35,455 nt of DNA from a virus (Duplodnaviria > Caudoviricetes): positions 1 through 35,455 of the IMG/VR virus record IMGVR_UViG_3300030329_003528, one strand, 5' to 3'. The notes beneath the pieces are model-generated. The model was not told the DNA's origin. It saw only the letters and a program-made list of their open reading frames with translations, and did not search any database. Positions 33,923-35,455 of the stretch are shown here, one piece after another. The translations under genes and the position numbers were made by a program. Numbering within the stretch: the first letter of the stretch is position 1; every line of letters starts with the position of its first letter.

Positions 33923-34402
33923 TTAGACTCTTAATGCTCTTCTGAACCAGCCAAACCAATACTTCTCCTGGCTGGGTTTTTTAAACACGATATTTGCAAA
34001 CTTTAGGATTCGGTACGCTCGTAATCTTTCAGGCTCCAGGTTCTTACAGGCTCCTAATGTTGCTGGTCCGATCCCACCATCTACTGCAATGTCATAACTA
34101 TTCTTACCATTACAAGCCTGTTGAAGCACTTTAACTGCACCTCTGCGACCAAAGTTCACAACCATATCAAAATAGATCTCTCTTATTTGGGCTGGAACCT
34201 GGGCAGACTTTGAAGGTATCCAATAGTCATTATAATATATCTCTTTGGCATCTCGTTCTGTAAGATTTTCAATATCCAGTTTAGGATATGCTCTTTGAGA
34301 TATACCATACTTTGTGGTCCCACCAGCATCAGAAAGATCCTTTGTGATCTTGGATCCCCCTTCTGACTCGATTACTCTTTCTATGATCTCTTCAAAGGTC
34401 AT
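33923..34402 (-). CDS. Endolysin, GH108 lysozyme with peptidoglycan-binding domain
   Basis: SEGG...D.GG.TKYGIS...Y..DYW...FD..VN.G...LQ...DG.IGP.T...GW..R. Confidence 0.92.
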   Translation of the reverse strand: MTFEEIIERVIESEGGSKITKDLSDAGGTTKYGISQRAYPKLDIENLTERDAKEIYYNDYWIPSKSAQVPAQIREIYFDMVVNFGRRGAVKVLQQACNGKNSYDIAVDGGIGPATLGACKNLEPERLRAYRILKFANIVFKKPSQEKYWFGWFRRALRV

Positions 34403-34644
34403 TAGAATGGTAGATCATCCTGGTCTGCTGTTTGTTGTACTGGTTCTTCCTTTTTTTCCTGGAAGTCAGATACACTAATGGAAAGAAAGGTCATTGATGG
34501 ATCTGACTTGGAAGTCTTTTTCCATCCTGCTAACCTTTTCTTTTGACCATTTAAGACTATATTGCCTGTATAGTCTGGTTGATTTTCTTTTTCTTTTCGA
34601 TCATTTACGAAAAGAACACCACTATTATCATACGGTTCTGGCAT
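34402..34644 (-). CDS. SSB-like/DUF736-like small protein
   Basis: NSGVLF.N..K....PDYTG......LAGW......FLS.SV plus acidic DDLPF tail; AAGGAG RBS. Confidence 0.75.
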   Translation of the reverse strand: MPEPYDNSGVLFVNDRKEKENQPDYTGNIVLNGQKKRLAGWKKTSKSDPSMTFLSISVSDFQEKKEEPVQQTADQDDLPF

Positions 34645-34675
34645 GGGTGTCTCCTTTTTTTTGTTAATAAAAACT

Positions 34676-34906
34676 TTAGTCTGCTTTCAATCCAAGTCGT
34701 TCAGCAATCTTATCAGTAATTTTATCTATCGCAACTACAGCAAGAGCAGTTTGTTCTTTGTCGCCAAATCCTTTTTTATCTGGTAACTTTTGAGCAAATG
34801 CTTTTGCTACAGATAGTTCAACCTCTGGTTTTTGGAGATATGCAACAATCTTTTTAAAGACCATAGCATCAATCCACTTTTTGTATTTTCTATAGATTCT
34901 CTTCAT
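34676..34906 (-). CDS. Hypothetical protein
   Basis: AAGGT RBS; lies in the lysis region. Confidence 0.6.
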   Translation of the reverse strand: MKRIYRKYKKWIDAMVFKKIVAYLQKPEVELSVAKAFAQKLPDKKGFGDKEQTALAVVAIDKITDKIAERLGLKAD

Positions 34907-34937
34907 ATTATCTACCTTTCTTTATGTTTATTAAAAT

Positions 34938-35234
34938 CTATCGGCTTCCGTGACCATTGATACGACCTTTTAAAAATGCCAGGTCATCTGATAATTCTCT
35001 CCAAAATTCTTCTCGCTTCTCATCTCCACGATTGATCCGATCTATAAGTTTAATAGAGATGTTTTGTGCATTTGAAATTTCACTTTCCATTTTATGTATA
35101 GACTGCTTTATATCTTCCAGATCCTGGCTTTGTTCTTTCTGACTCTGAATAAGATTGTATATCATAAAACCAAAAAGAACTGCAATAAATCCTGCGGATC
35201 CTAATTGTAAGTATAGGTCTGCGATTTCAGTCAT
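34938..35234 (-). CDS. Putative holin-like protein (one TM plus coiled coil)
   Basis: LGSAGFIAVLFGFMIYNLI followed by a coiled coil; upstream of the endolysin; start probably MTEIA. Confidence 0.55.
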   Translation of the reverse strand: MTEIADLYLQLGSAGFIAVLFGFMIYNLIQSQKEQSQDLEDIKQSIHKMESEISNAQNISIKLIDRINRGDEKREEFWRELSDDLAFLKGRINGHGSR

Positions 35235-35455
35235 CTTTTTTACCAAGCACCTTATTTAATAAACTCTTATTCATTTCTGTGAGCCTTTGCTCTCTTTCGT
35301 TCTCTAATGGTTCCATTCGTTCATCCAGGGCTTGTTCAAATTCTATTAATGCTTCTTTTATATATTCTATCTCTTTAGTGTTATCGTTAATATTTTCATT
35401 CAATGTATACCATGCCCCAGTAAGCGTAAACACCAAAAAGATAATTTGGACTGCC
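35227..35455 (-). CDS. Membrane-anchored coiled-coil protein (5' end beyond window edge)
   Basis: Frame open to the edge: ..AVQIIFLVFTLTGAWYTL then a coiled coil. Confidence 0.6.
   Translation of the reverse strand, partial: AVQIIFLVFTLTGAWYTLNENINDNTKEIEYIKEALIEFEQALDERMEPLENEREQRLTEMNKSLLNKVLGKKDD

Overview
This window is most of the genome of a temperate tailed phage with a podovirus-like (P22-type) virion module. The gene families resemble those of uncultured marine phages. Almost all genes are on the minus strand. Read right to left they run: lysis genes | attP | (plus strand) integrase and CI-like repressor | Xis/Apl-like HTH | recombination (YqaJ exonuclease, SSAP-like, RusA) | replication initiator with internal iterons | Zn-finger protein | terS, terL, portal, 2OG-Fe(II) oxygenase, scaffold, major capsid, adaptor, large tail/nozzle protein, ejection proteins including a 2911-aa polyvalent protein | head-spike base | LamG/CBM fibre (runs off the left edge). 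The attP is intact, with the 3' half of a tRNA-Arg(ACG), a terminator and arm repeats, and it has phage genes on both sides, so this is the excised/free form. Most notable: (1) a 25-bp motif occurs twice, 22.5 kb apart, each time about 41-44 nt before a terminator-like hairpin that gates a late operon; (2) a phage 186-like switch whose repressor has a PAS-like C-terminal domain instead of an S24 peptidase, plus an internal start; (3) 10-bp-phased ACAACT repeats shared by the switch and attP; (4) a cassette-built ejected protein with ART, GNAT-like and dead-metallopeptidase modules; (5) strong CCWGG enrichment in core genes but not in the fibre gene. All family assignments are from motif recognition by eye, not database searches.
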